Below the pieces are notes generated by a model, which made no database searches, was not told the origin of the DNA, and saw nothing but the letters and a program-made list of their open reading frames with translations. Made by a program: the position numbers and the translations under genes. Below, piece after piece: positions 1 to 8,901 of a stretch of DNA of 21,917 nt. The stretch's first letter is position 1; every line of letters starts with the position of its first letter. The stretch is taken from the NCBI GenBank assembly GCA_039715015.1, contig JBDLIE010000043.1, forward strand, positions 1 through 21,917, given 5' to 3'. This DNA is from Thermodesulfobacteriota bacterium (lineage in GTDB: Bacteria; Desulfobacterota; Desulfobulbia; Desulfobulbales; SURF-16).

Positions 1-44
1 CTACCTTCCTTTTTTTCATCGAAAAAACAAGGGTTTGATGGCGA

Positions 45-53
45 ATTATACCA
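45..53 (-). promoter_or_regulatory. Putative extended -10 promoter (TGgTATAAT) for a leftward gene starting just outside the window
   Basis: Reverse complement of 45-53 is TGGTATAAT. Reverse complement of the first bases is ...AAGGAAGGTAG, an SD-like run pointing off the left edge. No recognisable -35. Confidence 0.45.
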
Positions 54-183
54 TATAATCCATTTACATTTTGTTACGTATACTTCCTGATAGTGTCAGA
101 TTTATTAGAATCTGATTCGGAAATTTGTCCGATCAAATCCGAGCAGCTACAGATTATCCATACGTCTTCATCCCCATCTTCAA

Positions 184-1632
184 TCAGACATCATAGGTAG
201 TGGAAGACATCCTGCCGCCGTGGCCGGTCCAGTCGGTATGAAAGAATTCACCCCGTGCTTGGTCAAGGCGTTCATAGGTGTGGGCCCCGAAGTAGTCGCG
301 CTGGCCCTGCAAGAGGTTGGCGGGCAGCCGCTCACTGCGATAGCCGTCATAATAGGCAAGGCCGGAGGTGATGGCAGGCATGGGGACGCCGATTTCAACG
401 GCCTTGGCCGCCAGCCGCCGCCAGCCGTTTTGGGCCTGATTAATGGCAGTGCTGAAAAAATCATCCAGCAGCAGGTTTTCCAGGCCCGGCTTGGTGTCAA
501 AGGCCTGCTTGATATTGCCGAGAAAGGCGCTGCGGATGATACAGCCGCCGCGCCACATGAGGGCAATGCCGCCGTAATTGAGCTTCCAGCCATATTCTTT
601 GGCAGCCTGGCGCATGAGCATATAACCCTGGGCGTAGGAGATGATCTTGGCGCAGTAAACAGCGTCATGGAGGTCGTTGATTATTGCCGCCCCATCACCG
701 CTAAAGGCACTCTCCGGGCCGTGGAGAAGTTGGGAGGCCTGGCGGCGCTCCTCTTTCAGGGCCGACAGGCAGCGGGCAAAGACCGCTTCGCCGATCAGGG
801 TCAGCGGCATTCCCAGTTCCAGGGCATTGATGCCGGTCCATTTGCCGGTGCCTTTCTGACCGGCAGTATCGAGAATGTTGTCAATAAGGGCTGTGCCGTC
901 ACTCTCCTTGAAGCGGAGGATTTCGGCGGAAATCTCGATGAGATAGGAGTCGAGGACCCCCTTGTTCCACTGGCCGAATACATCGCCAATGGCTGCCGCC
1001 TCCATGCCCAGACCGCGGCTCATGAAATCATAGGCCTCGCAGATCAACTGCATGTCGCCATATTCGATGCCGTTATGGACCATCTTGACGAAATGGCCGG
1101 CTCCCCCCCCGCCGACCCAGTCGCAGCAGGGGACGTTGTCAACCTTGGCGGCAATGGCCTGGAATATATCCTTGACATGGGGCCAGGCCTTGGCCTCACC
1201 GCCCGGCATGATGGATGGGCCATGGCGCGCTCCTTCCTCGCCACCGGAGATGCCGGTGCCCAGAAAGTGGATGCCCTTTGCCGCCAAGGCCTTGGCGCGG
1301 CGTTGGCTCTCGGAAAAAAGGGAGTTGCCGCCGTCAATGATGATATCGCCTGGGTCAAGGTGCGGCACCAAACTGTCGATAAAGGCATCGACCACGGCCC
1401 CGGCCTTGACCATCAGCATCAGCCGCCGGGGCTTGCTTAATTTCCCCACCAGCTCCTCAATGGAATGGCAGGGGATAACCCTTGTCCCCTTGGCCGGCCC
1501 GGCCATGAAGTCATCGACCTTAGAGGTGGTGCGGTTATATATTGCCACCGTGAAGCCGTGATCGTTGATGTTCAATACGAGGTTCTGGCCCATAACCGCG
1601 AGGCCGATCAGGCCTATATCAGCAGTTTTCAT
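184..1632 (-). CDS. gnd: 6-phosphogluconate dehydrogenase, NADP-dependent, decarboxylating
   Basis: 482 aa. GLIGLAVMG Rossmann motif, YNRT (NADP-type), GHFVKMVHNGIEYGDMQ, AGQKGTGKWT, WRGGCIIRS, QRDYFGAHTYER. AGGAG SD upstream. Confidence 0.98.
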   Translation of the reverse strand: MKTADIGLIGLAVMGQNLVLNINDHGFTVAIYNRTTSKVDDFMAGPAKGTRVIPCHSIEELVGKLSKPRRLMLMVKAGAVVDAFIDSLVPHLDPGDIIIDGGNSLFSESQRRAKALAAKGIHFLGTGISGGEEGARHGPSIMPGGEAKAWPHVKDIFQAIAAKVDNVPCCDWVGGGGAGHFVKMVHNGIEYGDMQLICEAYDFMSRGLGMEAAAIGDVFGQWNKGVLDSYLIEISAEILRFKESDGTALIDNILDTAGQKGTGKWTGINALELGMPLTLIGEAVFARCLSALKEERRQASQLLHGPESAFSGDGAAIINDLHDAVYCAKIISYAQGYMLMRQAAKEYGWKLNYGGIALMWRGGCIIRSAFLGNIKQAFDTKPGLENLLLDDFFSTAINQAQNGWRRLAAKAVEIGVPMPAITSGLAYYDGYRSERLPANLLQGQRDYFGAHTYERLDQARGEFFHTDWTGHGGRMSSTTYDV

Positions 1633-1687
1633 TGTTTTCTCCTTTCCTGCTTCTTGTCGATGGAGACACGTATTTTGTTGAGTAGCC

Positions 1688-2548
1688 TTAAGGCTGATTC
1701 AGGGCCCAGTCATAATCAAAACGCAGGCCTTTTTTGTAGCTCTTTAAGGTTTCTTTCAGGTCGCCCTGGGCGTACGTGCGCATATGGTTCAGTACTCCTG
1801 CCTCGGAGCCGCCAAAGTCTGCTTGAAACCATCTGTAGATACTGGAGACTTGCAGCCTGCCCTTGACCAGCTGGGCGCCGCGGGAGCTGTTGATATACTG
1901 CCTGGCGCCGGACTCCAGCAAATCCTCGCTGTTTGCGGCGCTAAAAGAGACGGGCTGCAGGTTGGGGCAGCCAAGGCTGGCGCAGTTCAAGGCGTAATGG
2001 AGCCGGTTGTCATTGAAAATGGGGCGCAGGATGCGGTGCTCAATGTCGTTAAGGCTGACCTTTTCTCCTTCGATGGTCAGCAGTTTGGCATCCCAGGGGC
2101 CGTTACTGAAAAAGCCCGGTGAGATGTCGATGTCCATGATGCTCCTCACCGGATAATGGTCAAGGATCACCTTGACGGTGAGAGAATTGTAGAGGTTGAC
2201 CCAGTAGGCCTTCTGTTCCCTCTTGTTCAAAGACGAAACCCTGACCTTCGCCAATTGGCCAAGATAGGCAGCAAGGGCCTGGCGATCAGCCGTAGTCACC
2301 TCGGCATAGCGAAAACGGTTTATCCCGGACGGGTGGCCGCTGACCAGATATTTGTTTAACAGCATATCCCAGGGAGTGTGGTCAATGACCTGGCTGCTCT
2401 TCTGGGAATGGGCCTGCCAGCGGGGCCAGAGCTCGGCTATGGGGGCGGCTGCCAGCTCTGATGAAATGGAGAGAATATTGGCGGTCAGGGCCCCAACAAA
2501 CAGCCAGAGAAATGCCATATTGCTTTTACTGCCTGTGATTCTCGACAT
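1688..2548 (-). CDS. DUF547 domain protein, probably exported (N-terminal signal peptide)
   Basis: Motifs AYWVNLYN, SLNDIEHRILR, RLHYALNCASLGCP, SSIYRWFQADFG and C-terminal YDWALN are typical of DUF547. Start moved from 2596 to the ATG at 2548, which has AAGGAG upstream and avoids overlap with pgl. Hydrophobic N-terminal segment followed by AAA. Confidence 0.88.
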   Translation of the reverse strand: MSRITGSKSNMAFLWLFVGALTANILSISSELAAAPIAELWPRWQAHSQKSSQVIDHTPWDMLLNKYLVSGHPSGINRFRYAEVTTADRQALAAYLGQLAKVRVSSLNKREQKAYWVNLYNSLTVKVILDHYPVRSIMDIDISPGFFSNGPWDAKLLTIEGEKVSLNDIEHRILRPIFNDNRLHYALNCASLGCPNLQPVSFSAANSEDLLESGARQYINSSRGAQLVKGRLQVSSIYRWFQADFGGSEAGVLNHMRTYAQGDLKETLKSYKKGLRFDYDWALNQP

Positions 2549-2577
2549 TACAGTCTCCTTTGGCAGGGGTGTGTTTG

Positions 2578-3270
2578 TTATCCGGCCAGATACCAATCCG
2601 GCTCTGCAACCATCGCCGCCGGGTACTGGTGTCCTTGGCCGCTGGTGATTTTTTTAAGGACGTTCTCTTTGCCACGCGCGGCGGAAAGAAAACAAATCTC
2701 CCTGGCCCGATTAATGGCAGGCAGGCTTAGGGTGAGCCGGGCAACCTGGGGCTTCATGGCAAGGGGCGCTGGCACATCAATGACATCTCTCTCCATCTCC
2801 TGAAGCCCGGCAGTGCCGGGAAAGAGTGAGGCGGTATGGCCATCGCTGCCAAGGCCCAGAAGAATAAAGTCAAATTTTACCTCGGCGCCGGCAAAAAACT
2901 TTCTAATATCATCCTGGTAGCTTGTGGCGCCATCTTCAGGACGCATCTCTCCCGGCATCCGGTGAATATTGGCCGCTGGCATGGAGATGTGGTCCAGCAG
3001 GCGCTCTTTGGCCAGCAGAAAATTGCTGTGCGGATGGTCGGGGGCTACACAGCGTTCATCACCCCAGAATAGATGGATATGCTGCCAGTCGAGCCGGTCG
3101 GCATAGGTCGGTTCGGATAAGAGTTGGTAGAGCCTGGCCGGGGAAGAGCCGCCAGAGAGAACCAGACTGAAAGCACTGCTCCAGGCCATGGCCTGGCGGG
3201 CCGCCGTGCAGATGCGCTGGGCCAGGGCCTGGCTGGCCTCCTCCATATTATTATAGCTAAACAGGCTCAC
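2578..3270 (-). CDS. pgl: 6-phosphogluconolactonase
   Basis: LSGGSSP, FWGDERCV, SNF, LLGLGSDGHTASLFPG, RLTLSLPAIN. Likely start is GTG at 3270, overlapping the zwf TGA (GTGA), with GGAG upstream. Confidence 0.95.
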   Translation of the reverse strand: MSLFSYNNMEEASQALAQRICTAARQAMAWSSAFSLVLSGGSSPARLYQLLSEPTYADRLDWQHIHLFWGDERCVAPDHPHSNFLLAKERLLDHISMPAANIHRMPGEMRPEDGATSYQDDIRKFFAGAEVKFDFILLGLGSDGHTASLFPGTAGLQEMERDVIDVPAPLAMKPQVARLTLSLPAINRAREICFLSAARGKENVLKKITSGQGHQYPAAMVAEPDWYLAG

Positions 3271-4793
3271 TGGAGAATCTCCCGGACAATTTCTTGACTG
3301 GCCTCCGGCCCCCAGGAACCGGCCGGGTAGGGGTGGAGGGCGTGGATGCGGCAATGGTCACCCTCGCAATCTTCCAGGATAGGGGTGAGCAGGGACCAGG
3401 TTTGCTCCACCCCGTCCTGGCGCCAGAACAGCATATGGTCGCCGAGGATGCAGTCAAGGAGCACCTTTTCATAGGCGTCAAGGCTTGGACCGTGATAATG
3501 GTCCTGGTAATGGAAGTCCAGACTCATGGAGCGCAGGCAGATTCTGGCGCCGGGGTTCTTGGTTTGAAATGTAAGGTGGATTGATTCTTCAGGGTAGACC
3601 GACAATACCAGCCGGTTGCCAAGGATCTCTTCCCCCAGGACATCGCGGAAAAGGGAGTGGGGCACCTCTTTAAACTGGATAACGATTCTGGTGACTTTTT
3701 CCTGCAGCCGTTTGCCCGAGATGAGGTGGAAGGGGACCCCCTGCCAGCGCCAATTATCGATGAAAAATCGAAGTTGGGCAAAGGTCGGGGTCCGGGAGTT
3801 TTCAGCAACTCCCGGTTCATCCGGGTAGCCCGCCACCGCCTTGCTGTCGATTTTCCCTTTCTGGTATTGGCCCAGAATGATATCGGCCTCATCGCCTGTA
3901 AAGGGGCGGATAGACCTGAACACCTTGACCTTTTCGTCGCGGATCGGCCCGGCCTCGAAATGGGAGGGCGGTTCCATGGCAACCAGGGCCAAAAGTTGCA
4001 TCATGTGGTTTTGAAACATGTCGCGAATGACCCCGGACTGGTCATAATAGCCGGCCCGGTTCTCCACCCCCAGCTTTTCTGCGGAGATAATGGCCACCCA
4101 ATCTATATAGCCCCGGCTCCATATTGGTTCAAAGATGTGGTTGGCAAAGCGGAACATCAGGATGTTCTGAACGGTTTCTTTGGCCAGGTAATGGTCAATG
4201 CGAAAGATCTGGTCTTCTTCAAAATAGCGATGGAGGAGTTGGTCAAGCTCCAGGGCGGTTGTCAGGTTGCGGCCAAAGGGTTTTTCCACCACGATCCGTG
4301 CCCATCCTTTGTTCTCCTGGTTTTGTCTGGCGAGGCCTGATTCCCCTAGTTGCTGGGCGATTTGCGGGTAGAGATGGGGGGGCACTGCCAGATCGAAAAT
4401 GAGATTGCCGCCGGTATTCATCCCCTGGTCGAGATCAGCGAGCAAGGTGGCCAGCGCCGCAAAGGAGCCCCGGTTGTCATATTGGATTTGCTGATAATGG
4501 AGGAGTTTGCTGAAATCCTGCCAGTGGGTGGCTTGCTCTTGGGCTGAACAGCAAGCAGGGCGAAGATGGTCAATGAACTGGTCACGGCTGAATGCAGTAC
4601 GGGCACAGCCGACAATGGCCACCTGTTGGGGCAGTGATTTCTTAACATACATCTGAAAGAGGGAGGGGATCAGTTTGCGGGCGGCCAGATCGCCGGATGC
4701 CCCAAAGATAACAATGATACAGGGGGGCAGATCGCTGTGCTCTGTCTGCGCGCAGCCGGAATTTGACTTTGCATCATTGGGTGAAGTGGCCAT
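3267..4793 (-). CDS. zwf: Glucose-6-phosphate 1-dehydrogenase
   Basis: IFGASGDLAARKL, VEKPFG, RIDHYLAKE, RDMFQNH, NWRWQGVPF, YPAGSWGP. Start taken at ATG 4793 (AGGGGGA SD) rather than TTG 4820. Confidence 0.97.
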   Translation of the reverse strand: MATSPNDAKSNSGCAQTEHSDLPPCIIVIFGASGDLAARKLIPSLFQMYVKKSLPQQVAIVGCARTAFSRDQFIDHLRPACCSAQEQATHWQDFSKLLHYQQIQYDNRGSFAALATLLADLDQGMNTGGNLIFDLAVPPHLYPQIAQQLGESGLARQNQENKGWARIVVEKPFGRNLTTALELDQLLHRYFEEDQIFRIDHYLAKETVQNILMFRFANHIFEPIWSRGYIDWVAIISAEKLGVENRAGYYDQSGVIRDMFQNHMMQLLALVAMEPPSHFEAGPIRDEKVKVFRSIRPFTGDEADIILGQYQKGKIDSKAVAGYPDEPGVAENSRTPTFAQLRFFIDNWRWQGVPFHLISGKRLQEKVTRIVIQFKEVPHSLFRDVLGEEILGNRLVLSVYPEESIHLTFQTKNPGARICLRSMSLDFHYQDHYHGPSLDAYEKVLLDCILGDHMLFWRQDGVEQTWSLLTPILEDCEGDHCRIHALHPYPAGSWGPEASQEIVREILQ

Positions 4794-5014
4794 GGTTCCC
4801 CCTTTGGCCTTATTGGCCAAGTTGTTCAGTTATGTCCTGGAAGTGGTTTTAGGCCACTTTTACCCAGACGCTATTGGGGTAATCGATCTTCTCCGCTCTA
4901 CAGTTGTTATGGATATGTTCCAGCTTCTTTTTTTAAATGAGAAAAGAAATTTGATTTTTATTTCAGATGATTGTCTGCCGGCTGAAAAAAGAATAAGGTG
5001 GCGTATCAGTGACC

Positions 5015-5043
5015 AGTTTAGGCAACCAAGAGGGCACTGTCAA
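5015..5043 (-). promoter_or_regulatory. Sigma70-type promoter for the zwf-pgl-DUF547-gnd operon
   Basis: Minus strand reads TTGACA (5043-5038), 17-nt spacer, TAAACT (5020-5015): a perfect -35 with optimal spacing. Confidence 0.7.
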
Positions 5044-5102
5044 AGCTCTTTAATTTTTGCTGCTGATCAAGAGAGAAAAAGAGGGGCGGTGCTGATCAAA
5101 TA

Positions 5103-5131
5103 TTGTACATTTACCCCATTCCTTTTACTCT
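5103..5131 (+). promoter_or_regulatory. Possible sigma70 promoter for the mtaB-cinA operon
   Basis: TTGTAC-N17-TACTCT ending 56 nt before the mtaB ATG. Partial consensus only. Confidence 0.35.
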
Positions 5132-5187
5132 TTAAGCAGTATGCCTGCTGAGTCTGGACACCCTGAAAAAAATAAATTCAGAAAGTT

Positions 5188-6531
5188 ATGCCCTCTAAAA
5201 TCAAGAAGCCTAAAAAAGTTGCCATTACCACTTTAGGGTGCAAGGTAAACCAGTATGAGTCCGCCTCTTTCCAGTCTGAGTTTGAGGCGCGTGGGGTTGA
5301 AATAGTCCCCTTTTCCCAGCCTGCCGACATTTATATCATCAACACCTGTGCTGTAACCAATAAGGCCGGAGCCCAGTCCCGGCAGACCATCCGCCGTGCT
5401 TTGAAGAATAATGCCAAGGCCCGGGTGGTGGTGACCGGTTGCTACTCCCAGGTTGCCGCCCTGGATATCCTGGAGATCGTTGATCAACCAGTCTGCATAG
5501 TCGGCAACGGCTATAAGCATCTGCTGGTGGATTTTGCCCTGGCCACCGATTACTGCGATCTTGAGATGTATATGGCTGATATCGGTAAAGTGCGGGAGTG
5601 CTGCCACCTGCCGGTTACCACTTTTCCAGGGCGGACCAGGGCCTATCTGAAGATCCAGGACGGCTGTGATAATTACTGCTCCTACTGCATTGTTCCCCTG
5701 GCCCGGGGCCGGAGCCGCAGCACCCTGCCTGAGATAGCCCTGGGGCAGGCCCGGATGTTTGTTGACAGCGGTTTTAGGGAGATTGTCGTCACCGGCATCC
5801 ATGTCGGTAAATATGGCCAGGACCTGGACCGTCCCGATACCCTGACCTCCTTCCTCGATCAGGTCACCGCCTTAAATCCAGAGACCCGGTTCCGGCTCAG
5901 CTCCCTGGAGCCCAATGAACTCAGTGACAAGCTCCTGGCCCTTTTTGCCACCCGGGCCAATCTTATGCCCCATTTCCATATTCCTTTGCAGAGTGGCGAT
6001 GACACCATCTTAAAAAAGATGAACCGCCACTATACAGCGGCGGATTTTCGGGAGATTGTCAGCAAGGCCCTTAAGCGGCTGCCTGATGCTGCCCTGGGTA
6101 TAGACGTCCTGGTCGGCTTTCCCGGCGAGGACGGGCAGGCCTTTCAAAACACCTATGATCTCCTGGCCGCCTTGCCCATCACCTATCTCCATGTCTTTCC
6201 CTATTCGCTACGGCCGGGGACAGTGGCAGCCAAGCGCAAGGATCAGGTGCCATCGAAAATAAAGGATGAACGGGTGCGGATGTTGCGCAGCCTTGCCGAG
6301 GATAAGCAGCAGGAATTTTATCGCCGTTTTATCGGCACCGCCCAGAAGGTGCTGGCCGAGAATAAAAAGAATAAGCTGGGCCTCATGCGTGGCTTCACGG
6401 AAAATTATATACCGGTTTATTTCCAGGCCCCGGCCTCTGTGGCGCGCACCGTTGTTGAGGTGGAGATTGTCAAAGTAGAAGGGGATAAGGTTTTTGGCAG
6501 ATTAGTAGATACAAGTGATGAGGGATCATAG
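5188..6531 (+). CDS. mtaB: tRNA t6A37 methylthiotransferase (radical SAM)
   Basis: UPF0004 N-terminus TLGCKVNQYES, INTCAVT and VTGCY. Radical-SAM motif in RAYLKIQDGCDNYCSYC. HFHIPLQSG, VGFPGE and HVFPYS. C-terminal G-FTENY TRAM-like segment. These match MtaB better than MiaB or RimO. Confidence 0.92.
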   Translation: MPSKIKKPKKVAITTLGCKVNQYESASFQSEFEARGVEIVPFSQPADIYIINTCAVTNKAGAQSRQTIRRALKNNAKARVVVTGCYSQVAALDILEIVDQPVCIVGNGYKHLLVDFALATDYCDLEMYMADIGKVRECCHLPVTTFPGRTRAYLKIQDGCDNYCSYCIVPLARGRSRSTLPEIALGQARMFVDSGFREIVVTGIHVGKYGQDLDRPDTLTSFLDQVTALNPETRFRLSSLEPNELSDKLLALFATRANLMPHFHIPLQSGDDTILKKMNRHYTAADFREIVSKALKRLPDAALGIDVLVGFPGEDGQAFQNTYDLLAALPITYLHVFPYSLRPGTVAAKRKDQVPSKIKDERVRMLRSLAEDKQQEFYRRFIGTAQKVLAENKKNKLGLMRGFTENYIPVYFQAPASVARTVVEVEIVKVEGDKVFGRLVDTSDEGS

Positions 6532-6537
6532 CGGCTT

Positions 6538-7791
6538 ATGAACGGAGAACTTATTGCCATTGGTGACGAACTGACCTCCGGGCGTATCGTCAATTCCACC
6601 AGCTATTTTGCGGCCAGCCACCTCTTTGGGGCTGGCCACACGGTTGCCGCCATGACCACTGTCGGCGACGAGGCGGAGATGATCGGCCAGGCCCTGCTCG
6701 AGGCTGTTAATCGTTCCGATTTTGTCCTTCTCACCGGCGGTTTGGGTTCGACCACCGACGATATCACCTCAGTGGCGGTTTCCGAGGCCCTGGACAGGCC
6801 GCAGACCTTTTATCCGGAAATCTTTGCTAAGATCGAGAAATGTGAGGCCTTCAAGGACAGCCCGTCCATGGAGAAGATGGCTTGGCTCCCTTCCGGGGCC
6901 GAGGTTTTGAAGCCAGGCGAAAATATGTCTGGCTTCATGCTGATCTTTGAGGAAAAACCTATCTTTTTCCTGCCCGGTGTTCCCCATCAGATGCGGGAGC
7001 TCATGCTTGACCGTGTCATCCCTATCCTTGCCACCTGGCAGGAGAACTCCTTTCACCTGGTACATCAAAAAATCTATAAGGTCTTTGGTGTTGAAGAGAT
7101 GGAGATTAACGAGCGCCTGGCCGACTTGGAAAACCAGGATGAGCAGATACGTATCGGTTATTACCCCATGGCCGCCGAGGTCCATGTCAGCCTCACCGTC
7201 AGTACCGACACTACTGCCGAGACAAAGAAGCTCTTTCTCGACAATGAAAAGCTCTTAAAGGCAGCTTTGGATGATCTGATCTATGGCGAGGATGATGAAA
7301 CCATGGCCTCGATTTCCGGCAAACTCCTCCGAGAGAAAGGGGTGTCTCTGGGCCTGGCCGAGTCGTGTACCGGCGGCTTAATGGCCAATATGGTCACCTC
7401 GGTGCCGGGGAGTTCTGCCTATTTTAACGGCTCAGTGGTTGCCTATGCCAATGAGGTGAAACAACGGCTTCTCGGTGTGGCCGGGCAGACCCTGATCGAC
7501 TTTGGCGCGGTGAGTGAAGAGAGCGCCGCCGCCATGGCCGCAGGAGCCAGACTGGCCACCGGTGCTGATATAGGCCTTGCCATCACCGGCATTGCCGGGC
7601 CGGACGGCGGCACCGAGGACAAACCGGTGGGCACGGTCTGTTTCGGTCTGGCTACTTCCCAGGGGGGCTTTCAGAAAACCTACCATTTTTCAGGCAAGCG
7701 GGCCATGGTCCAGGCCAAGGCAGCCACCATGGGCTTGGATTTGGTCCGCCGTTTTCTCCTTGGCCGCCTCCCGCCCACAGCTTCACCATGA
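6538..7791 (+). CDS. cinA: CinA family protein (molybdopterin-binding-like domain plus NMN deamidase PncC domain)
   Basis: IGDELTSG, TGGLGSTTDDIT and LPGVP in the N-terminal domain. AESCTGG, GAVSEE and ITGIAGPDGGTEDKPVGTV in the PncC domain. Lies upstream of recA, as is common. Confidence 0.93.
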   Translation: MNGELIAIGDELTSGRIVNSTSYFAASHLFGAGHTVAAMTTVGDEAEMIGQALLEAVNRSDFVLLTGGLGSTTDDITSVAVSEALDRPQTFYPEIFAKIEKCEAFKDSPSMEKMAWLPSGAEVLKPGENMSGFMLIFEEKPIFFLPGVPHQMRELMLDRVIPILATWQENSFHLVHQKIYKVFGVEEMEINERLADLENQDEQIRIGYYPMAAEVHVSLTVSTDTTAETKKLFLDNEKLLKAALDDLIYGEDDETMASISGKLLREKGVSLGLAESCTGGLMANMVTSVPGSSAYFNGSVVAYANEVKQRLLGVAGQTLIDFGAVSEESAAAMAAGARLATGADIGLAITGIAGPDGGTEDKPVGTVCFGLATSQGGFQKTYHFSGKRAMVQAKAATMGLDLVRRFLLGRLPPTASP

Positions 7792-8894
7792 GTCTCAATT
7801 GGCTCGCTCAGAAACTTGGGCCACTACTCACGGCCATCCGCCGTTTTTTGCCGGCCTTTGCCTTTTTTTGCGGCTTCATCTGGGACTCAGTGACCATGGG
7901 CCGGGTGGTTTCCTTTTTTGACCTCCTTGTTCTCACCACCTATTATTTCGGGGCAGGGCTTATTCTCGTTCTTCTGGTCCGCGAGATTAAGCCCCAGTGG
8001 CAGAACTGGTTCGCCTTTTTGATTCAGTTTTTCTTTGGGGGGTTGTTCAGCGCCCTGGTGGTCTTTTATTTTAAGAGTTCCGCCTCAGGTTACACTCTGT
8101 TGGTTGTGGTGGGCCTGATTGCCCTGCTTGTTGCCAACGAGTTTCTCGCTGAGAAATATCTGAGCAGGACCTTGAGCTGGACCCTCTTTGCTGCCTGCGG
8201 CACCATGTATCTTAATTTTTTGATTCCCCATTTTGTCCACTCCATAAAGGCCATCTGGTTTTATCTGAGCTGTGTGATCAGCCTGACCCTGGTCTTTGGT
8301 ATCCGCCATTTTGCCAACGCCCCGCAACGCCACCTTATGCTGCTTGGTCGAAAGAAGGTCCAATATCGTAGTGATTTACGGCAGCTGGCCCCGGCCACAG
8401 CAGTGGTTCTCCTCCTTATTGTTTTTTATCAGCTCCAGCTTATTCCGCCGGTGCCGTTGGTTTTGAAGGAGAGCTATGTCTGCAAGGATTTCAGCAAGAA
8501 GGCAGGCTTCTACCAATGCCAGGTTGAAAAGCAGCCTTTCTGGCGCGCTTTGGGGATTGGGAAGGATGTAATTCATTTCACGGAGGGGGAGAAGATTTAT
8601 AGCCTTAGCGCGGTGTTTGCTCCTAAGAAGGTGGCGGTTGATCTTGAGCAGCGTTGGTGGCTGCGTGATGAAAAGAGCGGCAGATGGCTGGCCAGGGGAG
8701 TCGTCCCTCTGCCCATGGTGGGAGGGCGGAAGGAGGGGTGGCGGACCTACAGCTATATTCGGGCCGCCCTTCGACCCGGACGATGGAAGGTTGAAACTGC
8801 TATTGCGGATGGTGCCGTGCTTTCCGGCCATCATTTTACTGCCAAGATCCAATCAGAATCAGCGCCAACGACCTATACGGTCCAGGTTCGTTAA
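7788..8894 (+). CDS. DUF2914 domain multi-pass membrane protein
   Basis: About 7-8 hydrophobic segments, then a soluble domain with VFAP, GGRKEGWRTYSY and PGRWKVET. ATGA overlap with the cinA stop. Confidence 0.78.
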   Translation: MSLNWLAQKLGPLLTAIRRFLPAFAFFCGFIWDSVTMGRVVSFFDLLVLTTYYFGAGLILVLLVREIKPQWQNWFAFLIQFFFGGLFSALVVFYFKSSASGYTLLVVVGLIALLVANEFLAEKYLSRTLSWTLFAACGTMYLNFLIPHFVHSIKAIWFYLSCVISLTLVFGIRHFANAPQRHLMLLGRKKVQYRSDLRQLAPATAVVLLLIVFYQLQLIPPVPLVLKESYVCKDFSKKAGFYQCQVEKQPFWRALGIGKDVIHFTEGEKIYSLSAVFAPKKVAVDLEQRWWLRDEKSGRWLARGVVPLPMVGGRKEGWRTYSYIRAALRPGRWKVETAIADGAVLSGHHFTAKIQSESAPTTYTVQVR

Positions 8895-8901
8895 TGTTTT
8901 A

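Noticed and set aside
220..1440. 406-aa plus-strand ORF antisense to gnd
   Set aside because: It lies wholly on the opposite strand of a highly conserved gene and has no recognisable motifs. It is a typical shadow ORF from GC-rich codon bias.
4675..5151. 158-aa ORF spanning the zwf-mtaB spacer
   Set aside because: It overlaps the zwf start in antisense, runs across both predicted promoters and has no SD or motifs.
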